A stretch of 64,000 nucleotides of DNA from Deltaproteobacteria bacterium (GCA_032128115.1 JAQBHB010000098.1:32001-96000), one strand, 5' to 3'; positions 1 through 10,671 are shown, counted from the first letter of the stretch. The notes: generated by a model not told the origin, from the sequence alone. Program-made: numbers and translations.

Positions 1-1
1 G

Positions 2-3000
2 GCGCTGGTGGATCGCTTCGGTGCCGTGGCCGGGATCTGCGTGCGCACGCTGTACTCGATGGCGTTGGAGATCGCCCAACACACGGGTGCGCGGGGGCCC
101 GCCCACGATCCCCTCTTCTCGATCTGGATTCGGCAGCTGGCTCGGGAGGAGGCGCCCCTGCGGGGCGGCTTCGAGCCGTTCGACGACGCGTACGGGTTGG
201 TGGAAGCCGGCGTGGCCGACCTGCTGGACGCCGGCTTCGAGGCGCACCACGCGGAAGGCGTCGACGAGCTGTTGGCGGGGCAGTCGGCGCCGAAGGCCCA
301 GGTCGAACGCGCCCGGGCCCTGGTGAGCGTGGCGGCTCGGGTCGATCGCGCCCTGCCCGGAGCTGCCTTCAACCACCGGGCCCGGCTCTTCCGGATCGCG
401 CGCGAGAGCCTCGAGCGCGATCCGGGCGCGGTGTTGCCGGGGCGCGCGGTCTTCGTACACGGCTTCGCCGATGCCACCGGGGTCCAGGTCGATTTCATCG
501 AGTCGCTGGTGCGTCTGGCCGGAGCCCGGGTGCTGATCGATCATCCACCGGACCCGGCTGCCGTCGACGGCAGTGCCGAAGAGGCGTTTCCCCGCCGCTT
601 CGGCCAGCGGATGGCCGCCGCCGCGGGCGCCGTCCACACCGACACCGGATCCGTTTCCGCGGCGCCCGTCGTGGTGTTGCACGCCCCCGGTCCCCACGCC
701 GAGGCGCGCGCGGTGGCGGAGCGGGTTCGAGGTGCACTCGACGCCGGTGTTCGCGCCGAGCGGATCGGCGTGGTGGCGCGGGCCCTGGCGCCGTATCGCG
801 TGGCTCTGCGGCTCCACTTCGGGCGCCTGGGGATTCCGTTCTCTGCCGTGGGCGAGTGGGGCCCCGTGGGTGCCGGGGGCCGTCATCTGGCGGCGCTCGT
901 GACACTGCTCACCCGGGGCGATCGCTCGCCCGCCGAGCGCTGGCTGGATATCCGGCGGTTCCCGGGGCGCGCCGATGCCGCGTCGATGGCGGTAGCTCGC
1001 GCCGACCTGGGGCTGCTCCTGCATGAGCTCGGCGCGGCCCGACTCGGCGACGTGGCCGCGCTCGACCCGCCCGGAGATGCCGCGGCCTTCGACCTGCCCG
1101 TCCGGGGCGGGCTGAGTGACGCGGGGGCGAGGCATCGGCAGGTTCGTCGCCCCGTTCTCGAGCGGGCGCTGGCCGACGCTCGCTCGCTCGTCGAGCGCCT
1201 CTCGGCCTGGCCCGATCGGGCGCCACTTCGGGATCACCGCGGGCGACTTCTGACGCTGGTGACCGACGACCTGGGATGGAGCGAAGACACGCCGGGGCAC
1301 CGCGCCCTTTTCGAGACGGTTCTCGTGCCGCGGGCGGAGATCCCCGACGATTTCGATCTGTCGCGCGGTGAGTTCTGCCACTGGGTTCAACGCGCCGTGG
1401 AGTCGGAGGGGCTGGTCTTGCTGGGGGGGCAGGGCGCGGGCGTGCAGGTGTTGAGTGTGATGGAGGCCCGGGCCCGCACCTTCGAGCGCCTGTTCGTCCT
1501 GGGCCTTGCGCGTGGTGCGTTTCCCCGCAGCTTCACGGAAGACCCACTGCTTCCCGATGGCACGCGCCTGCTGCTGCGTCAGCTGCTTCCCGATCTGCCG
1601 GTGAAGTCCGAGGCGCGGGACGAGGAGCGCTACCTGTTTGCCCAGCTGATCTCGGCGAGTCCCGACGTCACCCTGTCGTGTCCCGTGACCGACGACGAGG
1701 GCAAGGCGCGTCCCGCCTCTCCGTTGGTCGAGCGTCTCGGGACAGGGTCGCAGGCGATCGAGAAGATTCCCTCGCTCTTCGGGTTCGGCGCCCTGCAGGC
1801 GCAAGACAAGGGCGTTCCGCGCCCGGCGCACGAACACGCGCTACTCACCGGGCTCTACGGATCCCGTGACCGCTTCGCGCGCGTGTTGCCTGTGGCCCTC
1901 GAAGAAGCCCGGCGCGTGCTCGGCGGCGCCGCCGAGCTCGCCGCTGACGCCCTGGCGGTTGCCCGTGTCGCGGTCCTGGCCGAACTCGATCCGCCCCCGC
2001 ATCCGCGCCTGAAGCTGGGTCCCTATTTCGGGTTCGCCGGCGAAGCGATCGCCGGGTCTCGCGATCTGCCGTACGTGACGGGGCTCGAGGGAATCGCAGC
2101 CTGCCCCTGGCAGGCCTTCCTGCGCCGGGTCCTGCGCCTCGACCTGCTGCCCGACGCCCTTTACGCGCTTCCCAGCATCGAGCCGCGCGTGCTCGGAACC
2201 CTGGTGCATCGCGTACTGGAGCGGGTGGTCGAAACCGCGGGCTCTCCGCCGGGGCGCAACCTGGAAGACGCCCTGGCGGCTTCCGCAGCCACGGTGGCCT
2301 GGCCCGACGGCGAGACGCTCGACGCACTGCTGCACGAGGCGGCCCGTGAAACCCTGCGCGAAGAGGGCATCACGTTGCCCGGATTCTCCCGCGTGCTCGC
2401 GCTGCGCGCCGGCTCGCGGCTCGAGCTGGCCCGCGAGCACGACTGGTCAGGCGGTCCGCTCCAGGTGGTGGGTGCCGAAGTCCACGGGGCTGTCGAGGTG
2501 CACGACAGCCACGGACAGGCGCGTGCGATCCGCTTCCGCGCGGATCGGGTCGATCGGATCGAGGGCGATCTGCGTCTCACCGACTACAAGACCGGGCGCC
2601 CCGGAGAACGCCAGAAGACGCCGAGTGTCCGCAGCGAGAACTACTGCAAGCGGGTTGCGTCCGGCGAGATGCTTCAGGTCATGGCCTACGCACTGGCGGG
2701 GGCGAATCACGGCACGGCGCGCGGGCGCTATCTCTACCTGCACCCGAAGGATGCGGTAGAGCTGCGCGACGTGGAGATCCACGCCGACCAGCAGGAATTC
2801 CGCGACGCCTTTTCCGCAGCCCTTCACCGCATTCTCGAGATCTGGGATCGGGGCGCATTCTTCCCGCGACTGGTGGACGCCAAGGGTGTCGAGCCGATCC
2901 GCTGCAAACGCTGCGAAGTCAAGGTGGCGTGCCTGCGCGGCGACTCGGGCGCGCGCCGGCGACTCGAGAACTGGCAGGAGGCGGGTGTCGCCGGCGCGCC

Positions 3001-3058
3001 GGAAACGCCCGCGGAAGCGGCCATCCACGGCGCCTGGATGCTGGGGAGCAAGTCGTGA
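2..3058 (+). CDS. addB: AddB/RexB-like PD-(D/E)XK nuclease subunit with inactive helicase domain (5'-partial)
   Basis: Frame is open from the window edge. Degenerate SF1 helicase motifs (VQVLSVMEARARTFERLFVLGL, EERYLF), C-terminal RecB-family nuclease (RADRVD...LTDYKTG...LQVMAY), Fe-S staple cysteines (ACPWQ ... CKRCEVKVAC). Directly upstream of an addA-like gene. Confidence 0.85.
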   Translation, partial: ALVDRFGAVAGICVRTLYSMALEIAQHTGARGPAHDPLFSIWIRQLAREEAPLRGGFEPFDDAYGLVEAGVADLLDAGFEAHHAEGVDELLAGQSAPKAQVERARALVSVAARVDRALPGAAFNHRARLFRIARESLERDPGAVLPGRAVFVHGFADATGVQVDFIESLVRLAGARVLIDHPPDPAAVDGSAEEAFPRRFGQRMAAAAGAVHTDTGSVSAAPVVVLHAPGPHAEARAVAERVRGALDAGVRAERIGVVARALAPYRVALRLHFGRLGIPFSAVGEWGPVGAGGRHLAALVTLLTRGDRSPAERWLDIRRFPGRADAASMAVARADLGLLLHELGAARLGDVAALDPPGDAAAFDLPVRGGLSDAGARHRQVRRPVLERALADARSLVERLSAWPDRAPLRDHRGRLLTLVTDDLGWSEDTPGHRALFETVLVPRAEIPDDFDLSRGEFCHWVQRAVESEGLVLLGGQGAGVQVLSVMEARARTFERLFVLGLARGAFPRSFTEDPLLPDGTRLLLRQLLPDLPVKSEARDEERYLFAQLISASPDVTLSCPVTDDEGKARPASPLVERLGTGSQAIEKIPSLFGFGALQAQDKGVPRPAHEHALLTGLYGSRDRFARVLPVALEEARRVLGGAAELAADALAVARVAVLAELDPPPHPRLKLGPYFGFAGEAIAGSRDLPYVTGLEGIAACPWQAFLRRVLRLDLLPDALYALPSIEPRVLGTLVHRVLERVVETAGSPPGRNLEDALAASAATVAWPDGETLDALLHEAARETLREEGITLPGFSRVLALRAGSRLELAREHDWSGGPLQVVGAEVHGAVEVHDSHGQARAIRFRADRVDRIEGDLRLTDYKTGRPGERQKTPSVRSENYCKRVASGEMLQVMAYALAGANHGTARGRYLYLHPKDAVELRDVEIHADQQEFRDAFSAALHRILEIWDRGAFFPRLVDAKGVEPIRCKRCEVKVACLRGDSGARRRLENWQEAGVAGAPETPAEAAIHGAWMLGSKS

Positions 3059-6000
3059 AAGAGGGATCGAGTCGGGACGAACCTCGCGATCTCGACACCC
3101 GGGCGCGCCACGAGGCCCAGCGTGTCTTCGACCGACCCTTCGTCCTGGAGGCCGGCGCGGGAACCGGAAAGACGGCGGTTCTGGTGTCTCGGGTGATGGC
3201 CTGGAGTCTCGCTGCCGGCTGGGAGCGCGCCGTGGTGGACCTGGCCGCTGTGCCGACGGATTCCGGGCACGAGCACCGGGTGGCGGCCCGGGTGCTCTCG
3301 GGAGTGGTGGCCATCACCTTCACCGAGGCCGCTGCCGCCGAGATGGCCCGGCGCGTCGAGCGCGCCCTGGCGCAGGTGGAGACCGGGGAGCTGCCGGTCG
3401 GCGTATTCGCCGACTGCCTTCCCGAAGCGCCAGTACGTGCTGCAAGGGCCCGCTGGCTGCGCGGTGCCCTGGACTACCTGGAGGTGCACACGATCCATGC
3501 GTGGTGCCGGCGTCTGCTGGCGGCCCAGCCTCTCGAGGCCGGGCTGCACCCGCATCTGGAGGTCGACGCAGACGGGCGTCGACAGGCCGAAGTGGTTCGC
3601 GAGGTGCTCGAGACGCGCCTTCGCGAGAAATACGGCCAGGCGGAATCCGACTTCCTGGCCCTGGCCGCGCGCGAGGTGGGTCCGAGAGAGATCGAGGCCG
3701 AGCTGTTGGCCCTCCTCGCCGAGGGACTCGAGAGCCACGTCCTTGCGGCCGACCCCCTCGGGATCGAGTCGGTCGCGCGCTTGGGGGAGCGCGTAGAGCA
3801 GCTGCTGCAACGCACGCTTGCGGCCGCGGGGCCGGAACTAGCGGCGCGCGGTCCGGGCAAGGCGGTCGACGTCCTGGCACGCACGCAAGAGACCCTCGCC
3901 CGGGTTCGCGCCGAGCCCATCCGCGACCGGGCGGGTCTCGAGTTGCACCTGGCCTGGCTGCGGGGCGCGTGGGACGAGAGCGAGCTCTTGCGCGTGAAAA
4001 CCTGGGGGCGCGGCGGCTTCGGCGTGGCCGAGGCCAGGCTTCTGGGTGATCGCGCGCAGGCCTTCACGGGGGCCGCGGGGGAGCTGGGCGCCCTGCTCGA
4101 TCACCTGCGTGCTCTCGACCCCGAGCTTCTCGATTGCGCGCGTCGCGCGCTGGCCGAACTCCTGGGTGAGGTCGAGGGCCAACTCCGCGCGCGCGGGGTG
4201 GTGAGCTTCTCGGCCCTGCTGACCGAAGCGGCCCGGCTGCTCAGCGAACACCCGTCGGCTGCGGAACGGGTGCGTTCGCGCGTGGACCAGTTGCTGATCG
4301 ACGAGTTCCAGGACACGGATCGCCGGCAGTGCGACATCGTGCGGGCGGTGGCACTCGGCGGGCCGAAGGACGAGCGCCCCGGACTGTTCCTGGTGGGCGA
4401 TCCCAAGCAATCGATCTACGGCTGGCGAAGCGCCGACCTGGCGGCCTACGACGCGTTCCTTTCCGACGTGAAGAGCGCCGGAGGCGTGCGGCACCAACTC
4501 TGCGTGAACTACCGCTCCGTGCCGGCGGTGCTTGACGAGGTCGAACGGATCATCGCGCCGAGCATGCATGAGAGCCCGGGGGTGCAGCCGCCGTTCCAAC
4601 GGCTGCTGCCAAGCACGCAGAACCAGGAGACGCAGGGCTTCTCGGGCGGGTGGATGGCGCCCATCGAGATCTGGGTGCCGGTCGCCTTCGACGGCGACGG
4701 CGCGCCGCGCAAGACGTCGGTGGCCGAGGCGGCCCGCATCGAGGCCACCGCCCTGGCTCGCGACCTGCGCAGCCTGCACGACGAGCACGGGGTCGCCTGG
4801 AGTCGGGTGGGCGTGCTCTTCCGCAGTCGCGGCGAATGGGATCTCTACCTGGGCGCCTTGCGCGAGGTGGGCGTTCCCTTCGCTGTGGAGGGCGATCGCA
4901 GCTACTACCAGCGGCGCGCCATCATCGATGTGAGCGCCCTGGTGCGCAGCGTACTCAACCCGAACGATCACCTGGCGCTGTTGGGGCTGATGCGGTCCGT
5001 GGCGGTGGGCGTGCCGGACGCAGCGCTCGTTCCCCTGTGGCGGCTGGAATTCCCGGCACTCATGACGAACCTGGAAGCCCTGACACCCGAGCGACGGGCG
5101 GATCTCGAGGCAGCGGTGCGCCAGGTGGCCCGCGACCTGCCGGACGTGGCCGGAGCGGAGCGGGTGAGGGGTTGGGAACAGAATCTGCTGTGGGCGATCG
5201 AGGTGCTTGCGGATTCGCGGCGCTCCTTCCGGGAGGATCCTCCGGACGTGTTCGTCGAGCGCCTTCGCACGACGCTGCTCTTCGAGGTGAGCGAGGCGGC
5301 CAGATTTCTGGGCGCGTGGCGGATCGCAAATCTGGACCGCTTCTTCCGGGATCTCACCACCGGACTCTGCGAAGGGGGCGACGGCCATTCGGTGTGGCGC
5401 CAGCTGGCGAACGCCGTTCTGGATGAGGAGGAAGCCGAAGAGGCCACACCGCGCGAGATCGTGGACGATGCGGTGCAGGTGCTGACGATCCACGGGGCCA
5501 AGGGGCTCGACTTCGAGCACGTCTACCTCATGCAGGCGCACAAGGGATCGGCCGTGCGCGGCGCCGGTCGAATCGCCCCGGCCGTGCTCGAAGGCGTGAA
5601 CGAGTACGCCCTGTTCGGGGCTGCGACCCCGGGCTTCGATCGGGCGCGTGCCGCGAGCGCGCGGGTCTCAGAGGCCGAGCTGGTGCGCACTCTCTACGTG
5701 GCGGCCACGCGGGCCCGGTCGCGCCTCGTGATCTCGGGCTTGTGGCCCGGCGGGGACCGCGGGATTCCCGCTTCCCACGCGGACCTGCTGCGACGGCGAA
5801 GCGACCCGCCCGCGGACGTGGCCACCCTGGTGGGGCGCCTGCCCGCTGTGGGCTCGACCCACGTGGATGCCGAATACGCGCGCTGGAGCTTTCCGGCCCG
5901 GTCTTCGGGTGCCGCTCCGGCGCCAGGCACGGCCGAATCCCAGGATCTGGGGCTGGCCTCGCCCGAGCGGGTCGCCGCCGATGCCCGAGCGCTACAGGCG

Positions 6001-6654
6001 GCGTGCGTGAACGCAGCGCTCCGGGCGAAGCGACGCTTCGGCGGCTCGGCCTCGAACGACGCCCCCGCGGCCTGGCGCGAGGAACGCGCCGAGGGCTGGC
6101 AGGGCGGGTCGGTACGCGGCGATTCCGAGGCCGCGCGGGCGGTGGGCACCGCGGTGCACCGGGTGCTGGAGGAGATCGACCTGGCGGCCGACCCGGACGA
6201 CGAGTTGGCGCGCCAGCACGAGGCGCTCGAGCGCGAGCTGCGCGCAGCCCTGTCCCCGGAGCAGAGCGAAGCTGCCATCGACGACGCACGCGCCCTGCTC
6301 GCCGACCTGGCGGCCGGGCCGCTGCTCGAGAAGCTTCGCGAGCTGGCGCGCGGGATGGTGGTGCGCGAACTTCCGCTCCTGATCTCACCGGGAGACGAGG
6401 AGGGCGCGCCCGCCGGCTTCGTGTCGGGCGTCGTCGATCTGCTCTACCGGGATCCGGTGGACGGAAAGCTCGTGATCGCCGATTACAAGACCGATCGGGT
6501 TTCCCCGGATGTCGATCTCGGAGAGCACGGCCGGGCCTATGCGCACCAGGGGCAGGCCTACCAACGCGGTGTACGAGAGGCGTTTTCCCTGGCGTATTTG
6601 CCCCGATTCGAGCTCTGGTACCTGCGACGCGGTGAGATTGCAGGCACGTGGTGA
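3055..6654 (+). CDS. addA: AddA/RexA-like UvrD helicase-nuclease
   Basis: Walker A AGAGTGKT, AITFTEAAAAEM, TIHAWC, IDEFQDTD, VGDPKQSIYGWR, NYRS, TIHGAKGLDF, LYVAATRAR, C-terminal nuclease GVVDLL...ADYKTD. GTG start overlaps the addB stop (GTGA). Confidence 0.9.
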   Translation: MKEGSSRDEPRDLDTRARHEAQRVFDRPFVLEAGAGTGKTAVLVSRVMAWSLAAGWERAVVDLAAVPTDSGHEHRVAARVLSGVVAITFTEAAAAEMARRVERALAQVETGELPVGVFADCLPEAPVRAARARWLRGALDYLEVHTIHAWCRRLLAAQPLEAGLHPHLEVDADGRRQAEVVREVLETRLREKYGQAESDFLALAAREVGPREIEAELLALLAEGLESHVLAADPLGIESVARLGERVEQLLQRTLAAAGPELAARGPGKAVDVLARTQETLARVRAEPIRDRAGLELHLAWLRGAWDESELLRVKTWGRGGFGVAEARLLGDRAQAFTGAAGELGALLDHLRALDPELLDCARRALAELLGEVEGQLRARGVVSFSALLTEAARLLSEHPSAAERVRSRVDQLLIDEFQDTDRRQCDIVRAVALGGPKDERPGLFLVGDPKQSIYGWRSADLAAYDAFLSDVKSAGGVRHQLCVNYRSVPAVLDEVERIIAPSMHESPGVQPPFQRLLPSTQNQETQGFSGGWMAPIEIWVPVAFDGDGAPRKTSVAEAARIEATALARDLRSLHDEHGVAWSRVGVLFRSRGEWDLYLGALREVGVPFAVEGDRSYYQRRAIIDVSALVRSVLNPNDHLALLGLMRSVAVGVPDAALVPLWRLEFPALMTNLEALTPERRADLEAAVRQVARDLPDVAGAERVRGWEQNLLWAIEVLADSRRSFREDPPDVFVERLRTTLLFEVSEAARFLGAWRIANLDRFFRDLTTGLCEGGDGHSVWRQLANAVLDEEEAEEATPREIVDDAVQVLTIHGAKGLDFEHVYLMQAHKGSAVRGAGRIAPAVLEGVNEYALFGAATPGFDRARAASARVSEAELVRTLYVAATRARSRLVISGLWPGGDRGIPASHADLLRRRSDPPADVATLVGRLPAVGSTHVDAEYARWSFPARSSGAAPAPGTAESQDLGLASPERVAADARALQAACVNAALRAKRRFGGSASNDAPAAWREERAEGWQGGSVRGDSEAARAVGTAVHRVLEEIDLAADPDDELARQHEALERELRAALSPEQSEAAIDDARALLADLAAGPLLEKLRELARGMVVRELPLLISPGDEEGAPAGFVSGVVDLLYRDPVDGKLVIADYKTDRVSPDVDLGEHGRAYAHQGQAYQRGVREAFSLAYLPRFELWYLRRGEIAGTW

Positions 6655-8297
6655 AGGCTTCCGACCTGCTGGTGAAGTGTCTCGAGGCGGAGGGCGTCCG
6701 CCAGGTTTTCGGCGTTCCCGGCGAGGAGAATGCCGACGTCATGATGTCGCTGGAAGACTCGTCCATCGAGTTCGTGCTGACCCGACACGAGCAGGGCGCC
6801 GCATTCATGGCCGAGGTCCACGGTCGCCTGACCGGGGAGGCGGGCGTCTGCCTGGGCACCCTGGGGCCCGGCGCCACCAACCTGATCACCGGGGTCGCGG
6901 ATGCGGACATGGACCGGGCCCCCCTGGTGGTGATCACGGGCCAGGCGGACAGCAAGCGCCAGCACAAGGAAAGTCACCAGCACATGGACGTGGTTTCCAT
7001 GTTCAGGCCGGTCACCAAATGGGCCCAGACCATCCTGCACCCGGACAACATCCCCGAAGTGGTGCGCAAGGCCTTCAAGCTGGCCACCACCGAGAAACCC
7101 GGCGCCTGTCACATCGAGCTGGCGGAAGACATCGCCAAGCTCGAGGCCGGCACTCTTCCCATCCCTCCGGATCGCACCCGGCGGCCCGTTGCCGACGACA
7201 AGGTGGTGGATCGCGCCTACGAACTGATCCGCTCCGCCCGCCGCCCCATCATCATCGCAGGCAACGGCACCATCCGGCGCCGCGCCAGCGCGCAGCTTCG
7301 GCGCTTCGCCGAGCGCACGGGGATCGGCGTGGTGAGCACCTTCATGGCCAAGGGCTGCGTCGACATGGATTCGGAGCAGTGCCTGTTCACCGTGGGCCTG
7401 CAGTCGAAGGACGTGGTGTCCTGCGCCATCGACGCCGCCGATCTGGTGATCTGCCTGGGTTACGACATGGTCGAGTACCACCCGCGCCTGTGGAATCCCC
7501 ACGGCGAGCACCAGATCGTGCACATGGATTTCCTGCCGGCGGAGGTGGACGAGCACTACCGCACCGCGGTCGACGTGGTGGGCGACCTGGCCCACACCCT
7601 CTGGATGCTGAACGAGCGGTTCGAGGCCGATCCCTTCCGGGTCGACGCGGCGCCCCACAAAGCCGTCCGTCGCGAGATGCTCAGTGACCTGGCCGAACAC
7701 GCGGACGACGACACCGAGGGCAGCATCCGGCCCCAGAAGGCGATCTGGGAGGTGCGTCGCGTGATGGGGCCCGACGACATCCTGCTCTCGGACGTGGGCG
7801 CCCACAAGATGTGGATCGCCCGTTACTACCACTGCCATCGACCCAATACCTGCCTGATCCCCAACGGTTTCTGTTCCATGGGCTTCGCGCTGCCCGGCGC
7901 CATCGCTGCCGCGCGCGCCTTTCCCGAACGGCGGGTGATGTCGATCTGCGGAGACGCCGGCTTCCTGATGAACGTGCAGGAGATGGAGACGGCCGTGCGC
8001 CTGGGATCCAAGATCGTGGTGATGGTGTGGGAAGACCACGCCTACGGCCTGATCGCCTGGAAGCAGCAGATCGAATTCGGACGCCACACGGATCTGAGCT
8101 TCGGAAACCCGGACTTCCTGAAGCTGGCCGAGGCCTTCGGCTGGGCGGGCTATCGGGTGGAGAAGAGCCGCGAGCTGGCCGGGACCCTTGCGCGGGCCTT
8201 CGACGAGGAGCGCCCGGCCCTGGTCGTGATCCCCATCGACTACCGGGAGAACGCGAAGCTCACCGCGAGACTCGGAAACATCGTGTGCCCGATCTGA
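6651..8297 (+). CDS. TPP-dependent acetolactate synthase large-subunit-like enzyme
   Basis: FGVPGEEN, TRHEQGAAFMA, TLGPGATN, SDVGAHKMW, MGFALPGAIAA and the TPP motif GDAGFLMN. No small regulatory subunit adjacent. GTGA overlap with addA. Confidence 0.88.
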   Translation: MKASDLLVKCLEAEGVRQVFGVPGEENADVMMSLEDSSIEFVLTRHEQGAAFMAEVHGRLTGEAGVCLGTLGPGATNLITGVADADMDRAPLVVITGQADSKRQHKESHQHMDVVSMFRPVTKWAQTILHPDNIPEVVRKAFKLATTEKPGACHIELAEDIAKLEAGTLPIPPDRTRRPVADDKVVDRAYELIRSARRPIIIAGNGTIRRRASAQLRRFAERTGIGVVSTFMAKGCVDMDSEQCLFTVGLQSKDVVSCAIDAADLVICLGYDMVEYHPRLWNPHGEHQIVHMDFLPAEVDEHYRTAVDVVGDLAHTLWMLNERFEADPFRVDAAPHKAVRREMLSDLAEHADDDTEGSIRPQKAIWEVRRVMGPDDILLSDVGAHKMWIARYYHCHRPNTCLIPNGFCSMGFALPGAIAAARAFPERRVMSICGDAGFLMNVQEMETAVRLGSKIVVMVWEDHAYGLIAWKQQIEFGRHTDLSFGNPDFLKLAEAFGWAGYRVEKSRELAGTLARAFDEERPALVVIPIDYRENAKLTARLGNIVCPI

Positions 8298-8305
8298 GGA
8301 GTTTG

Positions 8306-8311
8306 TAGTAT
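8306..8311 (+). promoter_or_regulatory. Putative -10 hexamer (TAGTAT) for a leaderless transcript of the AOR cluster
   Basis: TANNNT lies 6 nt upstream of the GTG at 8318, inside a short AT-rich gap. Confidence 0.35.
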
Positions 8312-8317
8312 GGGGCC

Positions 8318-8812
8318 GTGTCCGGGCCCACTGCGGCGCTTCAGATCCATCCCGACAAGTGCACCGGGTGCAGGCAGTGCGAGCTCGCCTGCTCCTGGGT
8401 GCAGGTGGGGCGCTTTCAGCCCTCGAAGTCGGTGATCCGGGTCCACATCTTCGACGAGCAGGCGAGCTTCGCGCCCTACGCCTGCTTCCAGTGCAGCGAG
8501 GCCTGGTGCATGCAGGCCTGTCCGGTGAACGCCATCGATGTGGACGAGAACACCGGCGCCAAGATCGTGATCGACGACGCCTGCGTCGGCTGCAAGCTGT
8601 GCGTGATCGCGTGCCCGTTCGGCACCATCTTCTTCGACAAGCAGTCCGAGAAGGCAGCCAAGTGCGATCTGTGCGCCGGCGAGCCCGCCTGCGTCAGCGC
8701 CTGTCCCACCCAGGCCATCGAGTACAAGCCGGTCGACCCCGGCGCGTGGCTCACCGGGTTCGGGAACCAGGTGGACCAGTTCTACCGAAAGGCCGTGGAG
8801 GGGAAGTCGTGA
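8318..8812 (+). CDS. aorA: 4x[4Fe-4S] electron-transfer subunit of aldehyde oxidoreductase (AorA-like)
   Basis: CTGCRQCELAC, CFQCSEAWCMQACP, CVGCKLCVIACP, KCDLC...CVSACP. Immediately upstream of AOR. Confidence 0.85.
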   Translation: MSGPTAALQIHPDKCTGCRQCELACSWVQVGRFQPSKSVIRVHIFDEQASFAPYACFQCSEAWCMQACPVNAIDVDENTGAKIVIDDACVGCKLCVIACPFGTIFFDKQSEKAAKCDLCAGEPACVSACPTQAIEYKPVDPGAWLTGFGNQVDQFYRKAVEGKS

Positions 8813-10656
8813 GCTTTCACGGTTGGACCGGCGTAGTGCTGCGCGTGAACCTCACCGGCGGCAAGATCCAGCGAGAGACCCTGAACGAGGATTGGGCCCG
8901 CGACTTCGTGGGCGGTCGCGGCGTGGCTGCACGCATCCTCGTAGACGAGGTGGACCCCAACGTCGACGCGCTCTCCCCGGAGAACACCCTGATCTTCGCC
9001 ACCGGCCCCCTCACCGGCACCAACGCCTCGTGCGGAGCCCGCTACATGGTGGTGACCAAGGGGCCGCTCACCGGCGCCATGACCACCTCCAACTCGGGTG
9101 GGCGCTGGGGGCCGGAATTCAAGTTTGCCGGCTACGACGTGCTGGTGCTGGAAGGTCGCTCGGAGAAGCCCGTGTACCTGTGGATCTTCGACGACCGGGT
9201 GGAGCTGCGCTCCGCCGAGCATCTGTGGGGCCTGGGGGTGTTCGAGACCGAGGACACCATCAAGCGCGATACCGGCATTTCCGACTGCTCGGTGGCGGCC
9301 ATCGGCCAGGCCGGCGAGAACCGGGTGCTCTACGCCGCCATCGTGAACGACAAGTTCCGTGCGGCGGGCCGCTCCGGCGTGGGCGCGGTGATGGGCTCGA
9401 AGAACCTGAAGGCCATCGCCGTGCGCGGCACTGGCGGGGTGAGCATCGCGCGCCCGCGCGAGATGATGGAAGCCCAGTGGCGGATGAAGGCCAAGCTCAC
9501 GGAAGCGCCCCTCACCAGCGAGGGTCTTCCCGCCTACGGGACGCTGGCGCTCATGAACGTGATCAACGAGCACGGCGCGCTTCCCACCCGCAACTTCAAG
9601 GAAGCCCAGTTCGAGAAGGCGGAAGACATCTCGGGAGAGGAGTTGGCCGCGACGCGCTTGGCCACCAACAAGGCCTGCTTCGCCTGCACCATCGCCTGCG
9701 GGCGCGTATCGCGCATCTCGGAAGAGGGCGTGGGGCGCTACGCCATGCACACGAGCCCGCGCAACTGGCGCCACGCCACCGAGGGGCCCGAGTTCGAGAA
9801 CGCCTGGTCGCTGGGCGCCGACTGCGGAATCGGGGACCTGGACGCGATCCTCAAGGCGAATCATATCTGCAATGACCTGGGCATGGATCCCATTTCCCTG
9901 GGAGCGACGATCGCGGCCGCCATGGAGCTCTACGAAGACGGCGTGCTGACCGACGACCAGGTGGGCATGTCGCTGCGCTTCGGCGACGCGGCCGCCATGC
10001 TGGCCCTGTGCGAACAGACGGCCTTCCGGCGGGGCTTTGGCGATGAGCTGGCCGAAGGCTCGAAGCGCATGGGCGAGAAGTTCGGGCGCCCGGACGTGTT
10101 CATGGGCGTCAAGGGCCAGGAGTTTCCCGCCTACGACCCGCGGGCGATCCAGGGCATGGGTCTGGGTTACGCCACCTCGAACCGGGGCGCCTGTCACCTG
10201 CGGGCCTACACGGTGTCGGCTGAGGTGGTGGGGATTCCCGAGCCCATGGATCCCCGGGCCACCGAGGGCAAGGCCGAACTCACGAAGGCCTTCCAGGACG
10301 TGTCCACGGCCGTGGACGCGTCGGGGCTGTGCCTGTTCCTCACCTTCGGCATCACCGTGGGAGACATCGCGCCCATCCTGTCCGCTGCCACGGGCGTGGA
10401 CACCAACGAGGACGATCTGGTGAAGGCGGGCGAGCGCATCTGGAATCTGGAGCGGGTCTGGAACATGAAGGCGGGGATCGACGCCTCCGAGGACAAGTTG
10501 CCCAGGCGCATGCTGGAGGATGGAATCCCGGCCGGCCCCGCCGCGGGCCAGGTGAGTCGCCTGGGCGAGATGCTGCCCGAGTACTACCGGGTGCGCGGGT
10601 GGACGCCCGACGGCCGCCCCTCCCAGGAGAAGCTCGAGGAGCTCGGAATCGGCTAG
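8809..10656 (+). CDS. aorB: Tungsten-containing aldehyde:ferredoxin oxidoreductase catalytic subunit (AorB-like)
   Basis: AGRSGVGAVMGSKNLKAI, CFACTIAC, EGPEFEN, GMDPIS, RGACHL, DASGLCLF, YYRVRGW. GTG start overlaps the aorA stop. Confidence 0.92.
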   Translation: MSFHGWTGVVLRVNLTGGKIQRETLNEDWARDFVGGRGVAARILVDEVDPNVDALSPENTLIFATGPLTGTNASCGARYMVVTKGPLTGAMTTSNSGGRWGPEFKFAGYDVLVLEGRSEKPVYLWIFDDRVELRSAEHLWGLGVFETEDTIKRDTGISDCSVAAIGQAGENRVLYAAIVNDKFRAAGRSGVGAVMGSKNLKAIAVRGTGGVSIARPREMMEAQWRMKAKLTEAPLTSEGLPAYGTLALMNVINEHGALPTRNFKEAQFEKAEDISGEELAATRLATNKACFACTIACGRVSRISEEGVGRYAMHTSPRNWRHATEGPEFENAWSLGADCGIGDLDAILKANHICNDLGMDPISLGATIAAAMELYEDGVLTDDQVGMSLRFGDAAAMLALCEQTAFRRGFGDELAEGSKRMGEKFGRPDVFMGVKGQEFPAYDPRAIQGMGLGYATSNRGACHLRAYTVSAEVVGIPEPMDPRATEGKAELTKAFQDVSTAVDASGLCLFLTFGITVGDIAPILSAATGVDTNEDDLVKAGERIWNLERVWNMKAGIDASEDKLPRRMLEDGIPAGPAAGQVSRLGEMLPEYYRVRGWTPDGRPSQEKLEELGIG

Positions 10657-10671
10657 GGCCGAGGCCGGAGC

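Noticed and set aside
2..6654. Helicase-nuclease pair as a novel anti-phage system or Cas4
   Set aside because: Order, sizes and motifs match housekeeping AddAB; no defence or CRISPR context.
8296..8312. GAGGAG plus ATG 8310 as the aorA start
   Set aside because: Out of frame with the ferredoxin motifs. The coding frame has a stop at 8306, so GTG 8318 is the first possible start.
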